A DNA stretch of 64,000 nucleotides from an uncultured Verrucomicrobiae bacterium. Lineage in GTDB: Bacteria; Verrucomicrobiota; Verrucomicrobiia; Opitutales; JABDGR01. The DNA lies in the NCBI GenBank assembly GCA_963765205.1, contig CAVXVB010000007.1, positions 356,901 through 420,900 of the forward strand, written 5' to 3'. Shown here in pieces: positions 1-9,078 of the stretch; within the stretch, counting starts at the first letter, position 1; each line of letters opens with the position of its first letter. The translations under genes and the position numbers were made by a program. The notes below the pieces were generated by a model that had not been told where the DNA came from, searched no databases, and was given only the letters and a program-made list of their open reading frames with translations.

Positions 1-804
1 AGGCCGAAGCGCTCCCACGCCTGCAGGACGCCGGCGTGCTGCACTCCGGCGAGGCGTATTTGCAATTGCGCACCGCCAGCCTGCCCGAAATCCATGTCGA
101 GCGGCGCATTCGCCCCGTGGTGGATAAATATCCCGGACTCGGCCTCGCTTTTTGCGCGCACCAAGGCATGGTGGACGTGCGCATCGCGCCGGGCGCGCGC
201 GATTTCGGCCCCGCGGAACTCAAGGCTATCGGCCAGGAACTGCGCGTGGCGCTCGACGAGGACTTTGTCTGCTTCGGCCGCGCGACGCTGGCGCAGGTGG
301 TGCTGGATGAATTGCGCGCGCGCGAGGCGACGCTGGCCGTGGCCGAAATCCTGCACCGGCGGCCTGCTCGCCAGCGCGCTCACGGACATTCCCGGCGCGT
401 CGGAAATTTTTCTCGGCGGCGTGGTCTCCTACACCGACGACGCGAAGGTGCAACTGCTCGACGTGCCGGAAAGCCTCCTCGCCCAGCACGGCGCGGTCAG
501 CGCGGAGACGGCCCTGGCCATGGCCACCGGCGCGGCGGAACGTTTCGGCGCAGACTACGCCCTCAGCGTCACCGGCCTGGCTGGCCCGACGGGCGGCACG
601 GCGGAGCTGCCGGTCGGCACCGTGTTCCTCGCCTACACGTCGCCCAACGGCGCCTGGTCGCGCAAAATGCGTTATGCCGGCGACCGTCTGACCGTGAAGG
701 CCCGCGCCACGCAAGGCGCGCTGGACTGGATGCGGCGCAAATTGTTGAAATATAAAGTCGAGGACTTGCTGGCGGCGGAGGCGAGCGCGGAGCATGGAGG
801 GTGA
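1..804 (+). CDS. cinA: CinA family protein (C-terminal PncC/NMN deamidase domain), 5'-partial, one frameshift near 348
   Basis: Frame 36..755 gives ...LAQVVLDELRAREATLAVAE; frame 94..804 continues SCTGGLLASALTDIPGAS...GAVSAETALAMATGA...TGLAGP, the AESCTGG PncC signature split by one indel. Confidence 0.85.
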   Translation, partial: RPKRSHACRTPACCTPARRICNCAPPACPKSMSSGAFAPWWINIPDSASLFARTKAWWTCASRRARAISAPRNSRLSARNCAWRSTRTLSASAARRWRRWCWMNCARARRRWPWPKSCTGGLLASALTDIPGASEIFLGGVVSYTDDAKVQLLDVPESLLAQHGAVSAETALAMATGAAERFGADYALSVTGLAGPTGGTAELPVGTVFLAYTSPNGAWSRKMRYAGDRLTVKARATQGALDWMRRKLLKYKVEDLLAAEASAEHGG

Positions 805-850
805 AACATGGAGGGTGAAGTGTGGAATTAAAATGCTTCCGAAAAAATTT

Positions 851-932
851 CGCGCGCAGAGCCGTGAAGGAGGGATTTTGTAATGGCGTCGCTCCTACAA
901 CTGACAATTCTTCTCTCTGCGTCTTTGCGCGA
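851..932. repeat. Imperfect palindromic intergenic repeat between convergent cinA and clpB
   Basis: cgcgcgcagagccgtgaag ... tctctgcgtctttgcgcg are partly complementary arms. Confidence 0.35.
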
Positions 933-945
933 GCCATTCGATCTG

Positions 946-3590
946 CTATTTCTTTCCCGCCTTGCCCGCAGGCTTATCGGTTTTTTCAGGCGGGGCGGCG
1001 ATCTCCATCGCCAGCTCGCCTTTTTTCGCGTCCACGGTGAAGCGGACTTCGTGGCCCTCGCGCACGTCGCCGGCGATGAGGGCGCGGGCCAGGCGCGTCT
1101 CAACCTGTTTTTGCAAAAAGCGCCGCAGGGGGCGCGCGCCGAAGACAGGGTCGTAGCCTTTTTCCGCCGCCCAGTGCTTGGCCGCGTCGTCGAAGACGAC
1201 GCGCACGCGCTTGTCCGCCAGGCGCTTGTTCAAATCGGCGAGCAGAAGGTCCACGATTTTCGTAATTTCGTCGAGTGAAAGGGGCTTGAACAGAATCGTG
1301 TCGTCAATGCGGTTCAGGAATTCCGGGCGGAAGGCGCCGCGCAATTCGGCGAGAACGCTCTCGCGCACGCTCTCGGGGATTTCATTACCGGTGACGCCTT
1401 CGAGCAGGAAGCGCGAGCCGATGTTCGAGGTCATGACGATGACCGTGTTCTTGAAGTCCACGACGCGGCCCTGGCTGTCGGTCAGCCGCCCATCGTCCAA
1501 AATTTGCAGGAGCGTGTTGAACACGTCGGGGTGCGCCTTCTCGACCTCGTCAAAGAGCACGACGGAATAGGGCTTGCGCCGCACGGCCTCGGAGAGCTGC
1601 CCACCCTCGTCGTAGCCGACGTAGCCCGGCGGCGCGCCGATGAGCCGCGCGACGGAATGCTTCTCCATGTATTCGCTCATGTCGAGGCGCACCAGATTGT
1701 CCTCCGAGTCGAACAACGCGGCGGCCAGCGTCTTGGCCAGCTCCGTCTTGCCGACGCCGGTCGGGCCTAGAAAGAGAAACGAGCCGATGGGCCGGCGCGG
1801 GTCCTTGATGCCCGAGCGCGCGCGCAGCACCGCCTCGGCCACGAGCGTGACGGCCTCGTCCTGGCCGATGACGCGCTCGTGCAGCACGTCCTCGAGCCGC
1901 AGCAATTTTTCCTTTTCGCCCTCGAGCAGCCGCGTGACAGGCACGCCCGTCCAGCGCGCGACGATTTGCGCGATTTCCTCGCCCGTGACGGTTTCCTTGA
2001 ACAGCGTGTTCTTGCCCTCGATTTTTTCGAGGCGCGCCGATTCGGCCTCGAGTTCGGAATCGCGCCGTGGCGCAGTTCGGCGAGTTTGGTCAAATCGTAG
2101 GCGCGCTCGGCGGCCTCCATCGCGCGGCGCGCGGCCTCGAGTTCCTCGCGCACTTTTTGTTCGCGCCCGCGCTCGGCCTTTTCCGACTCCCAGCGCGCGC
2201 GCAGGGCCGCGGTCTGGGTGCGGATGCCGGCCAATTCCTTGCGCAGCACATCGAGCCGGCGCTTCGAGGCCTCGTCCTTTTCATTCTTGAGCGCGGCCTC
2301 CTCGATTTCGAGCTGCAGGACGCGGCGCGACAACTCGTCCAGTTCCTGCGGCATCGAGTCCATGTCGGTGCGGATCATCGCGCAGGCCTCGTCCATGAGG
2401 TCAATCGCCTTGTCGGGCAGAAAGCGGTCGGCGATGTAACGGTGCGAGAGGACGGCGGCCTCGACGAGCGCGTTGTCGGTGATGCGCACGCCATGGTGCA
2501 ACTCGAAGCGTTCCTTGAGGCCGCGCAAAATCGAAATCGTGTCCTCGACGTTCGGCTGGTCCACGATCACCGGCTGGAAGCGGCGCTCGAGCGCGGCGTC
2601 CTTCTCGATGTGCTTGCGGTATTCGTCGAGGGTGGTCGCGCCGATGCAGTGCAACTCGCCGCGCGCGAGCATGGGCTTGAGCATGTTGCCCGCGTCCATC
2701 GCGCCCTCGGCCTTGCCCGCGCCGACGATGGTGTGCAGCTCGTCAATGAACAGCAGCACGCGCCCCTCGGAATTTTTGATTTCGGCGAGCACGGCCTTGA
2801 GGCGCTCCTCAAATTCGCCGCGGTATTTCGCGCCCGCGAGCAGCGAACCCATATCGAGCGAGAAAATCGTCTTGTCCTTCAGCCCCTCGGGCACGTCGCC
2901 GCGCACAATGCGCTGCGCGAGGCCCTCGACAATCGCCGTTTTGCCGACGCCGGGCTCGCCGATGAGCACCGGGTTGTTTTTGGTTTTGCGGGACAGAATG
3001 CGGATGACGCGGCGGATTTCCGCGTCGCGCCCGATGACGGGGTCAATTTTCCCCTTCTTGGCCTGCGCGACCAGATCAATGCCGTATTTGCCGAGCGCGT
3101 CGTAGGTCGCCTCGGGATTTTGCGTGGTGACGCGCTGGTTGCCGCGCACGGATTTGAGCGCCTCGAGGATTTTGTCCTTGGTCAAACCGAAGCTCTTGAG
3201 AAATTTCCCAAACTCCGCCGAACCCGGCGCTTCGACCAGGCCGAGCAGCAAATGCTCGACGGAAATATACTCGTCCTTGAGCCGCGAGGCGGCGGCCTCG
3301 GCCTTCGTGATGGCGTCCTGAAAACCCTGGGTGATGTAAATCTGTCCCGCGGCCGCGGGACCGGTCACGCTCGGCAGGCGGGAGAGCGCGCGTTCGAGCG
3401 CGACCTCGACCGCGTTCGGCGACACGTCGAGTTTTTGCAAAAGCGCCGGCGTCAACCCCTCCGGCTGATGCAGCAGCGCGGCGAGCAAATGGGCATTATC
3501 CACCTGCTGGTGCGAACGCCGCCGCGCCTCGGCCTGCGCCTCAGTGACGGCCTCGCGCGCCTTTTCGGTGAATTTGTTGAGGTCTAGGTT
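946..3590 (-). CDS. clpB: ATP-dependent chaperone ClpB; frameshift near 2057, start codon not intact
   Basis: [10 protein letters not shown]-terminus, [14 protein letters not shown]alker A1, LFIDELH Walker B, coiled-coil M domain, GPTGVGKTE Walker A2 and GARPLRR in the second frame. Confidence 0.95.
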
Positions 3591-3695
3591 AATGGGATGG
3601 CATCCAGTATTTCGCAGGAAACGCTTCCCGCCAACGCTTATTTCTCTTACGACTTCAATCAATAATGGTGAGGCATTTTGAAATATGGCAACGCG

Positions 3696-3749
3696 GGTAT
3701 GGACGCCTTTCCGAGGCGTCCGCGGACGGCTCGGAAAGGCGTCCCTACC
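3696..3749. repeat. REP-like palindrome (26-bp arms, 2-nt loop)
   Basis: GGTATGGACGCCTTTCCGAGGCGTCC-GC-GGACGGCTCGGAAAGGCGTCCCTACC; arms pair at 24/26. Confidence 0.8.
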
Positions 3750-3788
3750 AAAAAACATCAACACCCAAGCAGCCCATACGCGCTACAT

Positions 3789-4155
3789 TCACGCCGCCAG
3801 CAATGGCCCGGAAGCGACCAGTTTTTTCTGGCGGGCGTCCACGCGCAGGCCCATCCCCTCCAGGTCGCGCGCCCAGGGTCGTCAAATCGCCCGGCTTGGC
3901 AAACACCACCTCGTCGGTCGTGAAATATTCGTCAAAGCGAATGATGGCAAACCCCACGCTGCGCGTGATGGTCTGGCCATTGGCCATGAGAAACGCCAAA
4001 TCCTTCTTTTCGCGGGCCACGCCAATTTTCTCCAGCGTCGTCGTCGGAATCCAGGTGTATTCGCTCCCAGTGTCCACCAACAGGCGCGGTACCGCCGCGG
4101 CCTTGTGCCGGTCAACGTGGTTCTCCAAACGGCAATTGATATGGAAGGTGCCCAT
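3789..4155 (-). CDS. Clan AA (retropepsin-like) aspartyl protease, frameshift near 3866
   Basis: LLVDTGSEYTWIP motif; C-terminus LGAR-LEGMGLRVDARQKKLVASGPLLAA in the shifted frame. Confidence 0.75.
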
Positions 4156-4212
4156 GACACTGCCTATTTTTGCGTAAAATGGCTTTGAGGCAAGTCTGGA
4201 GAGGCCACGAGC

Positions 4213-4476
4213 TTAGCGATAAACCTCGCGGCGGTGACCGATTTGAATCACGAGCACCAGCAGCCGCTGATCCTGGATTTTGTAAATCACCCGGTGATCG
4301 CTCACCCGGATGCGGTAAGTATTTTCCATCCCGCTCAGAGCCTTGCAAGTGGGCGGACGGGGATTGCCGGCCAAGCTGTCAACCGCAAGTCCGATTCTTT
4401 CCTTCAGGCGCTCGTCCCGCAATTTGTGCAAAAACTTGCGCGCATCCTGCGAAAGCTCAACGCTCCAGGCATTCAT
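4213..4476 (-). CDS. relE: RelE/ParE family toxin
   Basis: 87 aa, NPRPPTCKALSG..YRIRVSDHRVIYKIQD..VLVIQIGHRREVY; ATGA overlap with the upstream ORF. Confidence 0.88.
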   Translation of the reverse strand: MNAWSVELSQDARKFLHKLRDERLKERIGLAVDSLAGNPRPPTCKALSGMENTYRIRVSDHRVIYKIQDQRLLVLVIQIGHRREVYR

Positions 4477-4676
4477 TTCAGGCCAATTTCCTTTTTGACC
4501 TGCGCCCAAGGCGTGGTTGGCTCGCCCACCGCGATTTTTACCGCCACCGCTTGGGCGGCCACGCGATCCACTTCGTCCTCGCGCTGGGTCAACTCGTGAT
4601 CCATCCATGCGAAAACCTTGCGGCGTTCGCGGCTCGGCAGCTTTTTAATCCGCTCAATCAGGACCGTTGCAGTCAT
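4473..4676 (-). CDS. Putative antitoxin
   Basis: 67 aa ending TPWAQVKKEIGL, directly upstream of and overlapping the RelE gene. Confidence 0.75.
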   Translation of the reverse strand: MTATVLIERIKKLPSRERRKVFAWMDHELTQREDEVDRVAAQAVAVKIAVGEPTTPWAQVKKEIGLK

Positions 4677-4735
4677 GAGACTTACGGTAGGACAATTTGG
4701 CGATTAATGCAAGCCTGCGCCGAACCCCTTCTCCA

Positions 4736-6802
4736 CTATATCAGGTCCATCAACTCGGCCAGATTCATCGTCGGCGGGGCGCATTGGGTGCCGACGCAGA
4801 GTTGCAGGCCTGCGGGTTGCGCGGGGTCGTGGGCGGCGACGAGGCAGAGCGGGCGGTATGGTTTTTGGGCCAGGGCGGCGCGGAGCGCGTCCCAGTCGCA
4901 GGGGCCTTTGATTTTTAAGACGGCCACGCCGACGGCGTCCCAGGTGAACGCGGCGAGGGCGTGCGGGACGCCCATGGGGGCGCGCTGGACGAGGCCGGTG
5001 TAGCATTTTTTCAAGTCCGCGAGTTCCGCGGCGTAGGCGGCCTCGCCGGTGAGCGCGTGCAGGCCGGCCAGCGCGTGCGCCAGCGCGGCGTGGCCGCTGG
5101 GCTGCGCGTTGTCCCACCATGCCTTTTTGCGCACGGCGAGTTTTTCCTGGTCGTCGGCGGTGAAGAAATAGCCGGGCTGCGTGGCATCGCGAAAATGCGC
5201 GCGGATGGTTTCGACGAGCGCACGGGCGCGGGCGGTATTTTGTTCGAGTAACGCGGAACCCGGCTGCGCCCAGTCCGCATAGGCCGCGAGCGTCAGCAGG
5301 GCCTCGGCGAAGAAGGCGTAATCGTCGAGAAAGGCGGGTGTTAGTTTCGAGTTTCGAGTTTTGAGTTTCGAGTTGTCGGCGGCGGCGACAGTTCCATCGG
5401 TCTCGTAAAAAATGGCGCGGAGCCGGCGGGTGCCGTCGCTGCCCTCGAAACTCAGATTTTTCCACAACCAGTCGGCGCATTGTTGCGCGGCGGCGAACCA
5501 ATCTTTTCGTCCGAATGTAAACGCTGCCTCCGCCAGGCTGCGCACGAGGAGCGCGTTCCAAGCGAGCAGAATTTTCGAGTCGCGCGCCGGTTGCGGGCGG
5601 GTTTGCCGCGCGGCCAGCAATTTTTCGCGCAGGGGTGCGAGTTTCGCACGGATGGAAAAATCCTCCTCGACGAGCGCGGGGTTCGAGGTGCCGTGCTCGA
5701 AATTGCCTTGCTCGGTAATGTTATAGGCCGCGCAGATGGCGCGCGCGCCCCCGTCGCCGAGCACCTCGCGCACCTGCGCGGGTGTCCAGACATAGGTTGC
5801 GCCCTCGTGACCGGCGCTGTCGGCGTCGAGCGCGGAATAAAACGCGCCGCCGGGATGGCGCATTTCGCGGCACAGCCAAGCGACCGTCTCCTCGCAGACA
5901 GCGGCGTAAAGTTCCTTGGGCTGCCGGCGGTGCGCCTTGGCGTAAAGATCGAGCAACAGCGCGTTGTCGTAGAGCATTTTCTCGAAATGCGGGATGAGCC
6001 ACTGCGCGTCCACGCTGTAGCGGCAAAAGCCGCCGCCGAACTGGTCAAACATCCCGCCGTGGGCCATCGCGCGCGCGGTGGTGTGGACGACGGCGTCAAG
6101 CCGCGCGGCCAAACCGGGGGTATGCTCGGCGGCGGCGGTCGCGCGCACAGCAAGGAGAAAATCCAGCGTCATCGCGGGCGGGAATTTCGGCGCGCCGCCA
6201 AAGCCGCCCCAGGTGTCGTCGTGCAGGGTGCAGATGGATTGCGCGGCGGCGACGAGCGCGCGGTTGTCCCATACGGCAGTGGCGGACGCGCCCGGCGGTT
6301 CGTTCGCGTGGGTGAGGTTTTTAACGATGTTGTCCGCGTTTTCGACAAGGGCGGCGCGGTTTTTCGCCAAATAATCCGCGACGCGCATGAGCAGTTGCGG
6401 CCAGGGAATGGTGCCGCGATTAGTGTCCGTGGGCGGAAAGTAGGTGCCGCCGAAAAACGGCCGCCCGTCGGGGAAGCAAAACACGTTGAGCGGCCAGCCG
6501 CCATGCTGGGTGAGCATTTGCACAGCCTCCATGTAGATTTGGTCCACGTCGGGCCGCTCCTCGCGGTCCACCTTGATGCAGACGAAATGGCGGTTCATCA
6601 AATCGGCGATGTAGTCGTCCTCGAAACATTCGTGGGCCATGACGTGGCACCAATGGCAGGCGGAGTAGCCGATGGAGACGAGGACGGGCTTGTCCTCCGC
6701 CCGCGCGCGCGCCCAGGCCTCGTCGCCCCAGGGAAACCAGTCCACGGGGTTGGCGGCGTGCTGGCGGAGGTAGAGGGAAGGCTCGTGGGCGAGGCGATTC
6801 AT
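4736..6802 (-). CDS. Thioredoxin-domain protein, YyaL/SSP411 (DUF255) family
   Basis: [49 protein letters not shown] motifs. Confidence 0.93.
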   Translation of the reverse strand: MNRLAHEPSLYLRQHAANPVDWFPWGDEAWARARAEDKPVLVSIGYSACHWCHVMAHECFEDDYIADLMNRHFVCIKVDREERPDVDQIYMEAVQMLTQHGGWPLNVFCFPDGRPFFGGTYFPPTDTNRGTIPWPQLLMRVADYLAKNRAALVENADNIVKNLTHANEPPGASATAVWDNRALVAAAQSICTLHDDTWGGFGGAPKFPPAMTLDFLLAVRATAAAEHTPGLAARLDAVVHTTARAMAHGGMFDQFGGGFCRYSVDAQWLIPHFEKMLYDNALLLDLYAKAHRRQPKELYAAVCEETVAWLCREMRHPGGAFYSALDADSAGHEGATYVWTPAQVREVLGDGGARAICAAYNITEQGNFEHGTSNPALVEEDFSIRAKLAPLREKLLAARQTRPQPARDSKILLAWNALLVRSLAEAAFTFGRKDWFAAAQQCADWLWKNLSFEGSDGTRRLRAIFYETDGTVAAADNSKLKTRNSKLTPAFLDDYAFFAEALLTLAAYADWAQPGSALLEQNTARARALVETIRAHFRDATQPGYFFTADDQEKLAVRKKAWWDNAQPSGHAALAHALAGLHALTGEAAYAAELADLKKCYTGLVQRAPMGVPHALAAFTWDAVGVAVLKIKGPCDWDALRAALAQKPYRPLCLVAAHDPAQPAGLQLCVGTQCAPPTMNLAELMDLI
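5343..5374. repeat. Heptamer tandem repeat (AACTCGA)n translated inside the YyaL-like gene
   Basis: agtttcgagtttcgagttttgagtttcgagtt encodes [11 protein letters not shown]. Confidence 0.8.
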
Positions 6803-7008
6803 GAAGGAATGAAGGATGAGGGATGAGGGATGAAAAAGGAAGGATGAAGGATGAGGGATGAAAATTTTGATTACTGATTTCTAATTGCTGAATGCTGCGG
6901 CACCAAGCACCAGTCGCCCACCTTGGGGACTTTTGATTGGTTCAGGAACCAGCGTTCAGAAATCAGCATTTCGTGCTTCATCCTTCATCCCTCATCCCTC
7001 ATCCTTCC
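6803..7008. repeat. Nested inverted heptamer-repeat element: outer (GGATGAA)n/(TTCATCC)n, inner (CTGAATG)n/(CAGCATT)n
   Basis: Directly visible; fills the divergent yyaL-mutL intergenic region. Confidence 0.85.
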
Positions 7009-7011
7009 CTT

Positions 7012-8869
7012 GTGTCCCGCATTCGCATCCTGCCTGATCGCGTTGCCAACCAGATCGCCGCCGGCGAAGTGGTCGAGCGGCCCGCGGCCGTGGTCAAGGA
7101 GCTGGTCGAAAACTCCCTCGACGCCGGGGCGACGCGCCTTGAGGTCGAGTTCCGCCACGGCGGCAAAAGTTATATCCGCGTCGAGGACAACGGCGCGGGC
7201 CTGGCGCCGGACGAGGCGCTGCTCGCGCTCGATGCGCCATGCAACCTCGAAAATCCGCGAGGCCGCCGACCTGCAGGCCGTGCGCACGTTTGGGTTCCGG
7301 GGCGAGGCGCTGCCCAGCATCGCCAGCGTGTCGTGCTTCACGCTCAGTTCGCGTCCGGCGGACGCCGCGGCGGGCACGGAAATCCTGATCAACGGCGGCA
7401 AAATGGTGCACCAGCGCGCATGCGGCTGCCCGGCGGGGACGCGGATCGAGGTCACGCACTTGTTCAACGCCGTGCCTGCGCGTCGGAAATTTATGAAGAC
7501 GGACGACACCGAGGCGGCACACATCACGCGGCTCGTGCGGTTGTATGCCATCGCGCACCCTGGCGTTGCGTTCAGCCTGTTGGAAGACGGCCGCCTCATC
7601 TTCCGCTCGCCCGCTTGCCCGGACTTGCGCGAACGCGTCGCGGAAATCTGGGGCCGCCGGTTGGCCGAGGAATTGGTTGATCTGCCCGAAGCCGCCGATG
7701 CGAGCGAGGGCCTGCGCCTGAGCGGCTTGATTGGGCGGCCCGGCCTCGGCCGGCCCACGCGCGACGGGCTGATCACGCTCGTCAACCGCCGACCCGTGGA
7801 CAGCCGCACGCTCTCCTACGCGGTGCTCGAAGCCTACCACACCCACGTCCCCAAAGGCCGCTACCCGCCCGCGATTTTGTTTCTGGAAATTGACCCGGTG
7901 GCGGTGGACGTGAACGTCCACCCGGCCAAGCGCGAAGTGCGCTTCCGCGACGAAGGGCGCGTGCGGCAGTTTGTGCTGGGAGCGGTGCTCGCGCGCCTGG
8001 GCGCGCTTTCGGGTAGTAGTGCACAAAGTCCAAATGTTAAGCTTGAGACCCCAACGTTTAACGCTCAACGCTTAACGCTTAACGCTCAAGTAAAGACACC
8101 CGCTAGTAAAACCACCGAAGCAAACGCACCTGTTGTCAGCCACACCTCAACTGCGATAACCTCCGAAAAGCCCTCTTCCTTAAACGTTGAGCGTTCAGTG
8201 TTAAGCGTTGAACGTTCTCCGCTTCATTCGCCCCAACCTGAGACCCAAAAACTCGAAACCCGAAACTCGAAACTCGAAACTCCCCTGCGTTTCACCTGGC
8301 GGCTGCTGGGCCGCTGGCGCGGGCAGGTATATCTCTTCGAGACGCCCGGCGGGCTGGTGTTGTTCAACGCGCGGGCGGCGCATGAGCGCGTGTGGTTCGA
8401 GGAATTGCAGGCGCGCTTCGCCAGCGCGCGCCCGCCCAGCCAGCGCCTGCTCTTTCCGCTCCCACTGGAATTCGACCCGCCCGCTGCCGCCGCGCTCGAG
8501 ACGCACCGCGCGTGGCTCAACCAGCAGGGTTTTGCCCTCGAAGAATTCGGCCGCAATTTTTATCGCCTGGAAGCCGTGCCGGACTGGCTCGACCCCGCCC
8601 GCGCGGAACATTTTCTGCGTGACCTCGCCGAGCTGGCCCGCGAGCGCGGCGGCTCGCCACTGCGCCACGACGACATTGCGCGCCTGGCCGCCACCCGCGC
8701 GTTGCGCTTGGGCGACCAGCCCGCTGAACAGGAAATCCGCGCTCTGGCACAGCGCCTGCTCGCTACCAAGCAACCGCTCACCTGTCCGCGCGGTCGTCCG
8801 ACGTTCCTTGAACTGTCCGCTGGCGACCTTTATCGGCGCCTCGGAGGGGATCCGGATGCGCTCGAGTAA
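7012..8869 (+). CDS. mutL: DNA mismatch repair protein MutL; GTG start, frameshift near 7231
   Basis: [51 protein letters not shown]-terminal AAHER and CPRGRP endonuclease motifs. Confidence 0.95.
8053..8281. repeat. Inverted (AACGCTC)n/(GAGCGTT)n element plus an (AACTCGA)n tract in the MutL linker, in frame
   Basis: Arms at 8053-8090 and 8180-8216; tract at 8246-8281; the ORF stays open throughout. Confidence 0.85.
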
Positions 8870-9008
8870 CATCCAACATCGAACATTCAACTTCCAACAT
8901 CGAATGAAAATGCGGACGCGAATTTCATCAATGACTCGTGCTTCATTACCGATGCTAATTTCATTTCTACATTCGATGTTGAATGTTGGATGTTGAGCGT
9001 TCGATGTT
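8868..9008. repeat. Inverted heptamer element (AACATCC/AACATCG)n ... (GATGTTG)n
   Basis: aacatccaacatcgaacattcaacttccaacatcgaatg ... cattcgatgttgaatgttggatgttgagcgttcgatgtt. Confidence 0.85.
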
Positions 9009-9078
9009 GCAGTGTTGCGGAATCGTCACTCATTTCGCGCTTCTCCCGGCGGCCCAAAACACTAATAATCTCAGGCCC

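Noticed and set aside
794..820. CATGGAGGGTGAA tandem at the cinA stop
   Set aside because: Only two copies; probably another short heptamer-type tract, too little to interpret
3580..3600. Non-canonical start of clpB
   Set aside because: cct-a-gac-ctc could be cct-ATG-gac with two bases dropped; it cannot be distinguished from an error
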